A DNA stretch of 64,000 nt from Gemmatimonadales bacterium (GCA_041577295.1 JBFGJG010000009.1:44052-108051), one strand, 5' to 3'. Positions 1 to 10,348 are shown, counted from the stretch's first letter. Made by a program: numbers and translations. Notes: generated from the letters alone by a model not told the origin.

Positions 1-221
1 CGTTGTACGTTGCGAACGAGGGCATTCTCCTCGCATTTGTTGAACCGTCGGCCGCGGACGACGCGCTCGCAGCGCTTCGCTCCCACCCTCTCGGCATGGG
101 GGCCGCTCAGATTGGAACCGTCGTGCATGAACACCCCGGGATGGTAGTGCTCAAATCTCTCATCGGCGGAAAGAGGGTCGTCGACATGCTCCCGGGAGAT
201 CAACTCCCTCGCATCTGTTGA
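1..221 (+). CDS. hypE: Hydrogenase maturation protein HypE, C-terminal fragment (truncated by window edge)
   Basis: YVANEG motif and the diagnostic C-terminal LPRIC. Confidence 0.93.
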   Translation, partial: LYVANEGILLAFVEPSAADDALAALRSHPLGMGAAQIGTVVHEHPGMVVLKSLIGGKRVVDMLPGDQLPRIC

Positions 222-1138
222 GCACTCTCCAGCAACGCCGGTCGTTCCGGAGCGGTCTCTGGCGGCTGGCCGATCCCAAGATCTCGCTGGCCTCATTGGC
301 ATCGATGCTCCTGGGAGCATGCGCCGCCCTCGCCCTCGGACCGCTCGCCGTCGGTTGGCTCGCGCTTACGGTGTTGGGAATCTTTGCCATCGAGGTCGCG
401 AAAAATGCATCGGGCGAGATTTTCGACTTCGACTCCGGGACCGACCTGGCCGTGCGTCCTGAGGACCGAAGCCCATTTTCTGGAGGAAAGCGCGTGCTGG
501 TCGACGGCCTACTGACACGTCAGCAGACGTGGGGTATCGCGACCATTGGATACGCCGCAGGAGCCGCCGTGGGCGTGGCGATTGCCACCTTGCGCGAGCC
601 TGCCGTCCTGTGGCTCGGAGCTGTGGGCGTAGCGCTCGCATTCTTTTATCACGCCCCACCGCTGAAACTCTCATATCGCGGCTTAGGCGAGATCACCGTC
701 GCCCTGTGCTACGGACCGCTCATTTGCTGGGGGACGTATCTCGTGCAGCGTACTGCGGCCTCCAGCGCTGCACTGTGGGCTTCGATCCCACTGGGGATCC
801 TCATCGGCGCTTTTCTCTGGATCAACGAATTTCCCGACTACGAGGCCGATCGTCGGGCTGGAAAGCAGAACATGGTGGTGCGGATGGGACGGGAGGCGGC
901 AAGCCAGTGGTTATTGGTCTTGTTTGGCGTGGCGTTTACCGGCCTCGCACTGCTGCCAGCCATTGGGGTTGGCCGCGGCGTGTGGCTCGGGTTCATCGCT
1001 GCACCCCCAGCGGCGGCTGCCGCCGCGATCCTCCGGAGGAACCCACGCGTGACCTTGGAGATCGTTCCAGCACAGGCCCTCACGCTTTCGTCCTTCTTGC
1101 TGTACGCGGTGGGCGCCGGGGTGGGTCTTCTTCTGTAA
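218..1138 (+). CDS. MenA/UbiA-family prenyltransferase (DHNA polyprenyltransferase-like)
   Basis: Polytopic membrane protein with GEIFDFDSGTD, PFSGG, YHAPPLKLSYRGLGE and INEFPDYEAD motifs. TTG start overlaps the hypE TGA. Confidence 0.82.
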   Translation: MSTLQQRRSFRSGLWRLADPKISLASLASMLLGACAALALGPLAVGWLALTVLGIFAIEVAKNASGEIFDFDSGTDLAVRPEDRSPFSGGKRVLVDGLLTRQQTWGIATIGYAAGAAVGVAIATLREPAVLWLGAVGVALAFFYHAPPLKLSYRGLGEITVALCYGPLICWGTYLVQRTAASSAALWASIPLGILIGAFLWINEFPDYEADRRAGKQNMVVRMGREAASQWLLVLFGVAFTGLALLPAIGVGRGVWLGFIAAPPAAAAAAILRRNPRVTLEIVPAQALTLSSFLLYAVGAGVGLLL

Positions 1139-1154
1139 CGCTCCCAGCGAAACC

Positions 1155-2177
1155 CTAGTCGAACAACCGTCGAATGTTCTCGCGATACGGCGGCCGGACC
1201 ACGCCCCTGTCCGTCACGATCGCCGCGATCAGATCGGCGGGTGTCACATCGAACGCCGGGTTGAATACCCGAGCTCCTGGCGCGGCATCGACTTCCCCTG
1301 CTGCACGCTCCTCAATGGGGATATCGGCGCCGGACTCGAGGGACAGGTCAAACGTGCTGCGAGGCGCCGCGACGTAGAATGGGACCCCGTGCGCATTTGC
1401 CAACACGGCGAGCGCGTACGTGCCGATCTTGTTGGCCACGTCTCCGTTGGCCGCAATACGGTCAGCACCGGTGACGACGACGTCGATTTCACCCTTCGCC
1501 ATCATCGACGCGGCCGCGCTGTCGACGATCGACGTGACAGGGACACCGGCCTTGCTGAGCTCCCACGCCGTGAGTCGGGCACCCTGTCGCAGGGGGCGCG
1601 TCTCTGTCGACACGACGCGGATGTTCTTCCCCTGCTGGTGGGCGGCATAGAGCGCGGCGACCGCGGTGCCGATGCCGCCCGTGGCCAGAGCACCCGCATT
1701 GCAATGGGTCATGACCGTGGCCCCGGGCTCAATGAGTGCCGCCCCCGCCTCGCCCATTGCGCGACACATCTCCGCGTCTTCATCCCAGATGCGCTGCGCC
1801 TCGACCCGGAGTGCCTCGGCGATCGCCTGCGGCGTCCTCTTCATCGCGAACGCGGCTTCGGCCACTTGCCGCATGCGGTTCACCGCCCACATCAAGTTCA
1901 CCGCGGTCGGGCGGGCAGCGGCCATGCGCTTGGCCGCGTCCTCGAACCAGGCCGCAGTAAGACCGCCATGGGCTGCCTGGCGGGTGGCCGCGGCAGCGAG
2001 ACCCATTGCTGCGGAGATCCCAATGAGCGGTGCTCCACGAACACGTAACAGCTTGATCGCCTCGATCATCCCGTCGATCGAGTCGACCTCTTTGTACACC
2101 TCTTCACGGGGCAGTCGCGTCTGGTCGAGGAACCGCACCCCGCCCCCCGGAGTCCAGTCGATGATATCCAGTTTCAT
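1155..2177 (-). CDS. mtnA: S-methyl-5-thioribose-1-phosphate isomerase
   Basis: LDQTRLP, VRGAPLIG, RPTAVNL, THCNAGALAT, ETRP, NKIGTY and NPAFDVTP motifs. Start moved to ATG 2177. Confidence 0.93.
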   Translation of the reverse strand: MKLDIIDWTPGGGVRFLDQTRLPREEVYKEVDSIDGMIEAIKLLRVRGAPLIGISAAMGLAAAATRQAAHGGLTAAWFEDAAKRMAAARPTAVNLMWAVNRMRQVAEAAFAMKRTPQAIAEALRVEAQRIWDEDAEMCRAMGEAGAALIEPGATVMTHCNAGALATGGIGTAVAALYAAHQQGKNIRVVSTETRPLRQGARLTAWELSKAGVPVTSIVDSAAASMMAKGEIDVVVTGADRIAANGDVANKIGTYALAVLANAHGVPFYVAAPRSTFDLSLESGADIPIEERAAGEVDAAPGARVFNPAFDVTPADLIAAIVTDRGVVRPPYRENIRRLFD

Positions 2178-2291
2178 GCGGCGCAAGTTACTGCGGAACC
2201 GACGCCGAAACAAAGATCCGGAGGAATGACCTTGCACACATGCCTGGGGTATAAAACATTCCACGACGGCACCCTGGTTGAGGAGGCATCG

Positions 2292-2678
2292 ATGGCGGCT
2301 GCTCGTGTGTTTTGCTCCCTTGTGGTACTCTCCGCAGTGGCTGGGTGCAGCGCTAAGGGTGCTGGAACGGTCGATGATGACATTCAGATCATCACTCCAC
2401 CGTCTCGGGTGTTCGTGACAAACAACAACCAGCTCGATATTCGAGTCTTCGCATTGGATCGGTCCTTGTCGATCCCTCTTGGGTCCGTCGGGAGTTTTAC
2501 CTCAGAAGTCTTCGAGCTTCCCAACGCGGTGCTTTCGCGTGGACAGGTTCGCATCATGGCCGATCCGATTGGGTCGGTTACCGCTTATCTGACGGACCTG
2601 ATCACCTTCAGTGCGGGTCAGGACATCGAGCTGATCGTGCAGAACAACCTGCAGCTCTCGAGCTACGCACTGCGGTGA
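2292..2678 (+). CDS. Hypothetical lipoprotein
   Basis: AGGAGG RBS before ATG 2292, lipobox VAGC, beta-rich mature part. Confidence 0.7.
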   Translation: MAAARVFCSLVVLSAVAGCSAKGAGTVDDDIQIITPPSRVFVTNNNQLDIRVFALDRSLSIPLGSVGSFTSEVFELPNAVLSRGQVRIMADPIGSVTAYLTDLITFSAGQDIELIVQNNLQLSSYALR

Positions 2679-2701
2679 ACAGCATAATCACCCTCGAGGA
2701 G

Positions 2702-3478
2702 TTAGGCGTTGAGGATCTCGAGAACGCGGGCGTGGAGATCTGCCGACGCGGCGACGCACGAGGTGGCGGTGGTCGGATCTTCTCCGGCCCATCCAGTGAT
2801 GGTGCCGCCGGCGCCCCTTATAATAGGAATGAGCGGGAGCAGGTCCCAGGCGTGCATGATAGGATCCGCCATCACGTCCGCGCCGCCCGCGGTCAGCAGT
2901 AGGTATCCGTAGCAGTCTCCCCACGTTCGAAACAGCTTGCCCATTGAGATGAGCCGCTCGAACTTTTGCCAGTCCTGATACCGTTTCACGTTTGCGAGAT
3001 CAGTCGTCAAGACAACGGCTTCCTGGAGCGCCGTTGTCGGGCGGAGTCGCGCTGGTGTTCCGTTGAGACGCGTTCCTCCTTCCGTTCCAATGCAGAGCTG
3101 ACCGATCAACGGCTGATGGATCGCACCCAGCACGGGCTTCCCCGCGTGCAGCAAACCGATCAGCGTACCGAAGAGCGGACAGTGGTTGGCGAAGGAGACC
3201 GTTCCATCGATCGGATCGAGCACCCAAACGTACTCTGCATCCTCCCGTTCCTGCCCAAACTCCTCCCCGAGAATTCCATGGCTCGGATACCGCTGACGGA
3301 TGAGGCGGCGCATGGCCTCTTCCGCCTTGCGATCGGCCTCGGTCACTGGCGATTTGTCACTCTTACTTTCCACCCGAAGGTCGCGTCGACCGTAGTACGG
3401 TTTGATCACCTTGGCGCTGCATGAAGCAAGCTCCCGCGCGAAGTCCAGAAACTGTGCGTCCACCGGCGGTCGGTTCAT
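2702..3478 (-). CDS. Inositol monophosphatase family, histidinol-phosphatase (HisN)-like
   Basis: PVTEADRKAE, GEE, WVLDPIDGT, WGDCYGY and WD motifs. Confidence 0.85.
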   Translation of the reverse strand: MNRPPVDAQFLDFARELASCSAKVIKPYYGRRDLRVESKSDKSPVTEADRKAEEAMRRLIRQRYPSHGILGEEFGQEREDAEYVWVLDPIDGTVSFANHCPLFGTLIGLLHAGKPVLGAIHQPLIGQLCIGTEGGTRLNGTPARLRPTTALQEAVVLTTDLANVKRYQDWQKFERLISMGKLFRTWGDCYGYLLLTAGGADVMADPIMHAWDLLPLIPIIRGAGGTITGWAGEDPTTATSCVAASADLHARVLEILNA

Positions 3479-3520
3479 CGTGGTTTCACCAAAGCGCTCG
3501 TGAAGGAATCGATGGATCCG

Positions 3521-4012
3521 TCAAGTTACCACCAGTCTGACGACGGCGCGGAGAACGAGGACTGTCAGCGCGACGGCGGAGCCTACGAGCAATATCAGAC
3601 CGATTGCCAAGCCGATGAGCCAGCGTCGATTCGCTCGAGTCGTTGTAGCCGGCGCTTCGAGGTGCCGCCCCAACAGCTCGACATTACGGACGTTTGCTTT
3701 CCAGCTCACGTCAAACAGATCGCCCAACACCGGTATGGCGCCAACGAACAACTCCACACCGATGTTGTACAGCATGCGGAGCAGAACAGCCCTTGGCGCA
3801 CCCCGTCGCGCCGCCGCCAATACAATGTACGCCGAGGCTATCCCTCCCCACACGTCACCAAGGCCGGGGATCAATCCGATGAGGGCGTCGACACCGAATC
3901 GGATTCGTGTAAACGGAATACGAAATGCCGAGTCGAGGACGCGAGCGAGCGATTCGAGATCGGAAGCGGGGATCTCGTGCTGCGCCGGCCGGAGGGCGTT
4001 CTCGTCGCTCAT
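3521..4012 (-). CDS. DUF4112 family membrane protein
   Basis: LDSAFRIP..RFGVDALIGLIPGLGD and GAIPVLGDLFD..WKANVRN. Confidence 0.85.
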   Translation of the reverse strand: MSDENALRPAQHEIPASDLESLARVLDSAFRIPFTRIRFGVDALIGLIPGLGDVWGGIASAYIVLAAARRGAPRAVLLRMLYNIGVELFVGAIPVLGDLFDVSWKANVRNVELLGRHLEAPATTTRANRRWLIGLAIGLILLVGSAVALTVLVLRAVVRLVVT

Positions 4013-4127
4013 CGTCCGAGATCGACTTCACGGCCGGCGAACCGACTTGAGACGTTTGCGCCTCGAAGCCCGGCGGGTACAGGAAGGTAATGAGCCCCTG
4101 CGTCCAACCAGTCAGGCAAACTGTGAG

Positions 4128-4766
4128 CTAAAAGCTGAATGCCTTTACTTCCTCGTCCTGGAGCAAGGCTTGGGTGATCCGGTCGTGATCCTTGAGCGAG
4201 CCCCACGCCCTCCAGATACACGTCATCTCGTTCCCCGATTTGGTCTGACGATGGCTCGCGATCTTGAGGCCCAGTTCACGAAACAGACGCTCGAGCTGCT
4301 CGAACTTCGCCGGCTCGAGCGCGCAAGTGACTTCATATGTGCGGGTCTCGCTGGCCCGGTCGATGAACCGTTCAAACCATGGAAAGATCCACAGAACGAC
4401 CAGGGCGGCGCCGGTTGCGGCCGCCACGAAGAGAAACTGTCCACCCCCAATCCCCATGCCGAGCGCGGCAACGAACCATATGGTGGAGGCGGTCGTCAGC
4501 CCGACGATCCGGTTGCCGTGGCGCAGAATGGCTCCGGCACCCAAGAAGCCGATTCCGGTGACGATGTTGGCAGCGATTCGGGTCGGGTCGCCCCGAAACG
4601 CGAGTTTGGTCGAAAAGATCGTGAATAGGGTTGCCCCGACACAAATGAAGATGATCGTACGAAAGCCCGCTGCCTTGTCGCGATACTCCCGCTCGGCGCC
4701 GACGATGCCGCCGACCACCACCGCGATCGCCAGCTTGAGAACGTCTTCGGATTCGAGGAGGAACAT
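4128..4766 (-). CDS. MgtC/SapB family membrane protein
   Basis: GAERE..KAAGFRT, DPTRIAANIVTGIGFLGAG and GLTTASTIW. Start moved to ATG 4766. Confidence 0.9.
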   Translation of the reverse strand: MFLLESEDVLKLAIAVVVGGIVGAEREYRDKAAGFRTIIFICVGATLFTIFSTKLAFRGDPTRIAANIVTGIGFLGAGAILRHGNRIVGLTTASTIWFVAALGMGIGGGQFLFVAAATGAALVVLWIFPWFERFIDRASETRTYEVTCALEPAKFEQLERLFRELGLKIASHRQTKSGNEMTCIWRAWGSLKDHDRITQALLQDEEVKAFSF

Positions 4767-4955
4767 GTCGCCCGCCAACCGCGTAGTAGTTTTGATCAGA
4801 CCGGCGCAACTTAGAACGTCCACGTCCTTCCGTCCAGAAGAGATCACTGAAGCCATTGATCCGTCGGGAGGATCGGTGACCAGGGGTCCAGACAGCGTGA
4901 CGAGTCAATCAACTGGACCGGTGGCAAACCAAACTCCACGAATGGGAAAGACGTC

Positions 4956-6638
4956 ATGCGCTATACCCTGCCAGCCGTAACCACCGTCGTGTTACTGTTC
5001 AGCGGCGCATTCACGCATTCCGTCGCATCACAAGAAGTCGACTCTCTTTCGATCGCGGCCGCGATGGGGCACTTGCAGCGACAGCAGTACGACGAGGCAG
5101 CCCGCATCCTGGAAGTCGTAACCCAGCGCGAGCCGGACAACGCTCGGGCGTGGGCGCTCCTCGGGTTCGCGTACCACTCCGCAGGCGATCTCGACCGGGC
5201 GCTCGCAGTCCATCGCAAGGCCATGGAGTTCGAATCGACGCGGCCGAACGCCATGTACAATGTCGGACTGCTCTATGCGCAACGAGGTGAGAAGGATCGC
5301 GCATTCGAGTGGCTCGAGAAGGCGAAGGCCACCGGCCGGGTGGACATTACCCAGATCGGGATCGATTCGAGTGCCGCGGTTCTGCAGGACGATCCCCGCT
5401 TTGCGGCGCTGTTCCCCTCTGCGGCCGAGTTCGCCGATCCATTCGTCGAGCGAGTCGAGATCATCCGTGAGTGGCGGGGGGAGCAGCCGGGTGACGCGTT
5501 TGGCTGGATAGCGCGCAACGTAGGCGATGTGGACGGCGACGGTATCAATGACGTCACGACGTCAGCTCCAAACGCCGCATTCAACGGCGGCCCGCGGGCC
5601 GGCAAGGTCTACGTCTACTCCAGCCGCAGCGGCGCGAGGCGATGGATGCGAGTCGGGGAACCGGGCCATCAACTCGGCGTCGGTGTCGAAGCAGCCGGTG
5701 ATGTCAACGCCGATGGCATCCCCGACGTCGTCGCGGGCGCACCGGGGGCCGGCAAGGCGTACGTCTTCTCGGGAGAGAATGGCAAAGTTCTGCTGACGTT
5801 CGACGCGGAGGATCCTCAGGACAACTTCGGCCGAAAGGTTTCAGACCTCGGTGACGTCAATGGTGACGGACATGATGACGTGATCGTTGGTGCTCCAGGC
5901 AACGACGCCAAGGGGACCGACGCGGGTCGCGCGTACGTCTATTCGGGCAAGGACGGCACCGTACTCGTCACGCTCGACGGTGAAAAGGCGGGTGATGCCT
6001 TTGGGAGTTCCGCCGGCGGCTATGCCGGCGGCGGTCGCATTTTCATCGTCATCGGCGCGCCAAACGCCGGGCCGGAAAACAAGGGTCGGACATACGTCTA
6101 CAGCGACCGTTCCACGACCCCCGCCTTCATCATTGACTCTGACGAAACCGGTGCTGCGCTGGGTGGCATGTTCGTCTCGGTCGTTGGCGACGTCAATGCC
6201 GATGGCATTCGCGATGTGTACGCGTCGGACTGGTCGAACAGCGCATATGGGCCGGCAACCGGACGGATCTATCTCCACTCCGGAGCCGACGGCACCCGAC
6301 TGCTGACGCTGACTGGAGAAGCCGGTGGCGACGGGTTCGGCATCGGTCCCGCGGACGCCGGCGACGTCAACGGCGACGGCTACGATGACCTCGTGATCGG
6401 AGCGTGGCGTCATGCGGGTGCCGCGCCGATGGGAGGGAAGGTCTATCTGTTTTCCGGTCGGGACGGCTCGCTGCTCAAGACCTACACCGGCAAGGTGACC
6501 GGGGAAACCCTCGGGTTCGACGCGACGGGGATGGGAGACGTGAACGGCGACGGGGTTCTTGATTTGCTTCTCACCTCCGCGTGGAGCGCCATCAATGGAA
6601 CCCGGTCGGGGAGAATGTACATAGTCTCCGGAAGATAG
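4956..6638 (+). CDS. Secreted TPR + FG-GAP (integrin-alpha-like beta-propeller) protein
   Basis: Signal peptide, N-terminal TPR helices, about 7 FG..GAP repeats, six with GDV(N/D)xDG motifs. Confidence 0.85.
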   Translation: MRYTLPAVTTVVLLFSGAFTHSVASQEVDSLSIAAAMGHLQRQQYDEAARILEVVTQREPDNARAWALLGFAYHSAGDLDRALAVHRKAMEFESTRPNAMYNVGLLYAQRGEKDRAFEWLEKAKATGRVDITQIGIDSSAAVLQDDPRFAALFPSAAEFADPFVERVEIIREWRGEQPGDAFGWIARNVGDVDGDGINDVTTSAPNAAFNGGPRAGKVYVYSSRSGARRWMRVGEPGHQLGVGVEAAGDVNADGIPDVVAGAPGAGKAYVFSGENGKVLLTFDAEDPQDNFGRKVSDLGDVNGDGHDDVIVGAPGNDAKGTDAGRAYVYSGKDGTVLVTLDGEKAGDAFGSSAGGYAGGGRIFIVIGAPNAGPENKGRTYVYSDRSTTPAFIIDSDETGAALGGMFVSVVGDVNADGIRDVYASDWSNSAYGPATGRIYLHSGADGTRLLTLTGEAGGDGFGIGPADAGDVNGDGYDDLVIGAWRHAGAAPMGGKVYLFSGRDGSLLKTYTGKVTGETLGFDATGMGDVNGDGVLDLLLTSAWSAINGTRSGRMYIVSGR

Positions 6639-6655
6639 ATTGGGGATAATGCGGG

Positions 6656-6913
6656 TCAGGGCGTTTTCGATTTGGCGGAAACGCGATACAATGTGTAGGC
6701 GCCGATGCCGATCCACACCACATTGACAAACGTCGATGGGTAGGCGCGGTAGTAGGCGGTATTGACGATCAAGCCAAGGCTGCCGAAGACGTTGAGTATT
6801 TGGTAGCGGACGGAGTGCCCCAGGAAGTGGCCGCGCGAGATCAATGCATAGGCCACGAGCAAAGCGACGGCGCCGGCCCAACCGAGGATATCGACAAAGA
6901 GATTCAGTGTCAT
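6656..6913 (-). CDS. Small 3-TM membrane protein (CBU_0592-like)
   Basis: GWAGAVALLVAY..YQILNVFGS..AYPS..VNVVW pattern. Confidence 0.7.
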   Translation of the reverse strand: MTLNLFVDILGWAGAVALLVAYALISRGHFLGHSVRYQILNVFGSLGLIVNTAYYRAYPSTFVNVVWIGIGAYTLYRVSAKSKTP

Positions 6914-6974
6914 AATAGTGGTTCCCCAAAAGTGCTTGTGCTCTCACGTTTCGGGAGCAAAATGTACACGGATT

Positions 6975-8327
6975 ATGCCTGGACCAATGCGCCCAATCTA
7001 CCGTTTCGCTACCCTCATCTTGCCCCTGCTGGCCAGCTCGCTCATCGTGGGCTGCGATCCCGATCCCCTACGGGGATACTTCGTCGGTCAGACCCCCCGC
7101 GATCACTATGAAGCGGCGCTAAAAACGGCTGGTCTGGCGCACACCGCGCTCGCACGAGATTGGTTGGCGGCGGGTGAGCGCGCTCTCGTACTCGCAACCA
7201 CGGTGGAATCGCCGTATCAGGAAGTGGGATATCTCGACCCAGCAGATCCGCGGGCGGACGCCTACCGTTTGGACCTGCGCCGGGGGGAGCGGCTCGTGGC
7301 GCGCGTTGACGCGGAAAGCGCCGAGCCGGCGCAATTCTTCGTCGACTTGTTTGTGCTTTCTGAGACCAGAGAGACACGAGATCCGGTGTTGCTCGCCACG
7401 GCTGACACGGCCTCCCGTACGCTCGACTATGTGACCCGGCGGGACGGTATCTATCTCCTTCGCATTCAGCCGGAGCTGCTGCGGGGCGGCCGCTACTCGC
7501 TCTCCATCGATGTCAGTGCGTCGCTCGACTTTCCGGTTGTGGGGGGGGACACTCGCGCCATTCGGAGTGGATTTGGCGCACCGAGAGATGCGGGCCGTCG
7601 TGAGCACCACGGGGTCGACATCTTCGCTCCGCGGGGCACACCGGTGCTGGCAACATCGCGTGGGCGTGTGAGTTGGGTCGGGACCACCGGTCTGGGTGGG
7701 AACGTGGTGTGGGTTCGGGATGGTGAGATGGGATACGCCCTGTATTATGCCCATCTCGACCGCCAGGCGGTGAGCCGCGGTGACGTCGTGCAACCCGGTG
7801 ACACCATTGGCTTCGTCGGCAACTCCGGGAACGCTCGCACGACCCCCCCACATTTGCATTTTGGGATCTACGTGAGAGGAACGGGCCCCGTCGATCCGTA
7901 CCCGTTTCTGTTTCGTCCGGACGAAATGGCTCCGCCATTGTTTGCTAACGATCGCGCGCTGGGTGATTTCGTCCGGGTATCGAGAGATGCTGTCCCGTTA
8001 CACGCCGCACCGTCGCCGCGGGCCGCCGCGATGACCGAGCTGTCACGACACACCGTTCTGAAAGTCCTTGGTGCGGCAGGAACGTGGTATCGGGTGTCTC
8101 TCCCCGATGGCGCTGCCGGGTTCGTCGCTGCCCGGCTGACCGAGCTCGCCGCACGCCCCATCCGGTTTGCGCTAGTCGAAGACGGCTCAGTGGTGCGGGA
8201 GCTGCCGCTGCCTGACGCTACCCCCGTCGACAGCGTCGATGGGGAGGTACCGGTCCACGGCGAGTTTGGCCGCTTCGTCTACGTCACGACCCCCCGCGGT
8301 CGGTCCGGTTGGGTTCGCGTCGAGTAG
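6975..8327 (+). CDS. M23 family metallopeptidase lipoprotein with C-terminal SH3b-like domains
   Basis: HHGVDIFA (HxxxD), YAHL and PHLHF (HxH); lipobox IVGC; WYRVSLPDG..GFV SH3-like. Start is 6975 or 6987. Confidence 0.85.
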   Translation: MPGPMRPIYRFATLILPLLASSLIVGCDPDPLRGYFVGQTPRDHYEAALKTAGLAHTALARDWLAAGERALVLATTVESPYQEVGYLDPADPRADAYRLDLRRGERLVARVDAESAEPAQFFVDLFVLSETRETRDPVLLATADTASRTLDYVTRRDGIYLLRIQPELLRGGRYSLSIDVSASLDFPVVGGDTRAIRSGFGAPRDAGRREHHGVDIFAPRGTPVLATSRGRVSWVGTTGLGGNVVWVRDGEMGYALYYAHLDRQAVSRGDVVQPGDTIGFVGNSGNARTTPPHLHFGIYVRGTGPVDPYPFLFRPDEMAPPLFANDRALGDFVRVSRDAVPLHAAPSPRAAAMTELSRHTVLKVLGAAGTWYRVSLPDGAAGFVAARLTELAARPIRFALVEDGSVVRELPLPDATPVDSVDGEVPVHGEFGRFVYVTTPRGRSGWVRVE

Positions 8328-8338
8328 CGCCGTGTGAT

Positions 8339-10348
8339 TCAGCCGGAGGTTATCACGGCAATAATCTCGTCGTCGTCTCCGAGCCGCCAGGTCGCGTGAG
8401 GGTCCGGGTTGAGCTGAGGCCGGCTCTGCGCACTCTCCGCCTTCTCGAAGACCCCGATCGCGATCTCACCCCGTTGGATCGACTCTTCCGCAATTCGCCA
8501 AAAGTCCACCTCTTGACCTGCCAGTCCGTAGTCTCCTGGGTGCCGGAAGGTGATTTCGGCACCACCCGCCGTGAACAGCTCGTCGAATACCGCACGCAGT
8601 TCCCGACGAAGCGCCACTTGCGCGAGCATATGGCTGATGATCTGGGGGCTGATGATGACTTCCCCAGGGCGGTGACCCAGCAACGGCATGTTCTCGGGAT
8701 CGAGTAGCTCCACCAGCACGTTGGGCCGTTGTGGCGCACCCTCTAGTAGCTCCTGGAGCACGAGATACCCAACGATGGTTCGCGCGTCGGATTCGGTACC
8801 GGTGCGCAACCAATCACTCCCGATCAAAACGATGTTGGCGTACGTCATAGGCTCGACCCGAGCCAGCTCGACATGCACGGTGTAGTCCGCCTCGATGTGA
8901 CGCACGTGTACGCTGGTCTGGTCGAACTCATACCGACCCACCTGCGTCTCCCGCCGCTCGATGGGGACAGTCGAGACGACGTCGAGCGCGAACTGCTCGT
9001 CCCGGTAACTCGCAAACTCCTTGATGAGCGCCGGCACCTTGTGACTCCAGCCCAGAACCAGCACGCGGTGAAGTCCGTCTGAAACCGTTTGCGGTACGCG
9101 ATGTCCGGCGGTGGAAACTCCATGCCCTGCGGGGGGTGTCGCGATCGTCTCAGGTGGCGAAGTGTCCTCATAGCTGTTGGCTACGAATACGAGCCGGTCG
9201 CCTTCCTGCACCCGCACGTCCAGACCCGGATTCAGCAGCGCGCGAAACGAACGACCCCTCGGACGAGCAATCCCGAGCAACACCGTTCGTGGGAAGAGCG
9301 GCCCCAACGCGCGAACGGGCCGACCCATGAAGCGGTCGGCTTCCCGCACGTAGATCTCACATCCTTGTTTATGAGTCAGCAGCTCGGTGTAGACATACGA
9401 CAACCCACGATGTCGCACATTCTGCGCGATGAGCCGGCTCACGAGCGCATCGCTGGCGATAACCTCGATGGGTCCGCTGTACGCACGTTCCGCGACGACC
9501 ACCTTGCGCGCGTCGAGGATCTCCGCGACCACGGGTGGACGTTCTGCATTACCAGCCAACGCGGGATGATTGCTGACCGATAGTAACGTCTTGATCGTGC
9601 GCGTGTCCGTGGTCCCGGGACCTCCGTCGGAGAATTCCGCCGCGGGGATGATGATGGTCAAGGCATGCGAGAAGTCGGCTCGTTCGAGGTGCTCTGGTCT
9701 GAGCGGGTTCCCCGACCGCATGGTGATTTGACGAGGATTCCAGCGGCCGTCCAGTCGGTCACGCAGCTCTTGAAGGAGACGTGCCGTCACCTCTTCGGCG
9801 AGGATCACCAGGTGAAGGGAGTGCGCACCGTGGAGACGCAGGAATCGCTTGACCCTTCCCTCCGAAAGCAGGAGCTCATGTGCGATGGTTGGCGTTCGGC
9901 CCGTCCAGCCGAGAATCAGCACGTGATCGTTCCGCGCGACCGGGGTGACACCGCTCTCGAGCCGTCGCATCGTAGCCTGGAGCCACTGCGTCAGGATGGC
10001 CACCAGGGCACCGAGGAACACGACGTATCCGAGCACGGTGAGGATCGTCGAAACGGTGCGTCGTACCATACCACTGTCGTCCCCTAGATACCCCGGGTCG
10101 GATAGCCGGAGAAACGCCCACCACACCGCCCCTCCCACCCCGCCGAACGCCTGTCCCTCCTCGACCAAAACCAGCGCGCCACCGACCACGGAAATGAGAC
10201 CGATGAGCGCCGCCACCACCAGAAGCTGGTAGTGGGCGCCACGAACAAAGAGCTGTTCGAGACGAAACTGCATACGATGAATTACACGTCGGAAGGTCAT
10301 GGGCTCTCGATCGAATCGTCGTGGCCAATGAGCGACGCCGTCTTGCAC
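8339..10348 (-). CDS. CASTOR/POLLUX-related putative ion channel with tandem RCK domains
   Basis: TM helices around WWAFLRLSDPGYLGDD, two Rossmann motifs (HVLILGW, RVLVLGW). Start may be slightly downstream. Confidence 0.8.
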   Translation of the reverse strand: MQDGVAHWPRRFDREPMTFRRVIHRMQFRLEQLFVRGAHYQLLVVAALIGLISVVGGALVLVEEGQAFGGVGGAVWWAFLRLSDPGYLGDDSGMVRRTVSTILTVLGYVVFLGALVAILTQWLQATMRRLESGVTPVARNDHVLILGWTGRTPTIAHELLLSEGRVKRFLRLHGAHSLHLVILAEEVTARLLQELRDRLDGRWNPRQITMRSGNPLRPEHLERADFSHALTIIIPAAEFSDGGPGTTDTRTIKTLLSVSNHPALAGNAERPPVVAEILDARKVVVAERAYSGPIEVIASDALVSRLIAQNVRHRGLSYVYTELLTHKQGCEIYVREADRFMGRPVRALGPLFPRTVLLGIARPRGRSFRALLNPGLDVRVQEGDRLVFVANSYEDTSPPETIATPPAGHGVSTAGHRVPQTVSDGLHRVLVLGWSHKVPALIKEFASYRDEQFALDVVSTVPIERRETQVGRYEFDQTSVHVRHIEADYTVHVELARVEPMTYANIVLIGSDWLRTGTESDARTIVGYLVLQELLEGAPQRPNVLVELLDPENMPLLGHRPGEVIISPQIISHMLAQVALRRELRAVFDELFTAGGAEITFRHPGDYGLAGQEVDFWRIAEESIQRGEIAIGVFEKAESAQSRPQLNPDPHATWRLGDDDEIIAVITSG

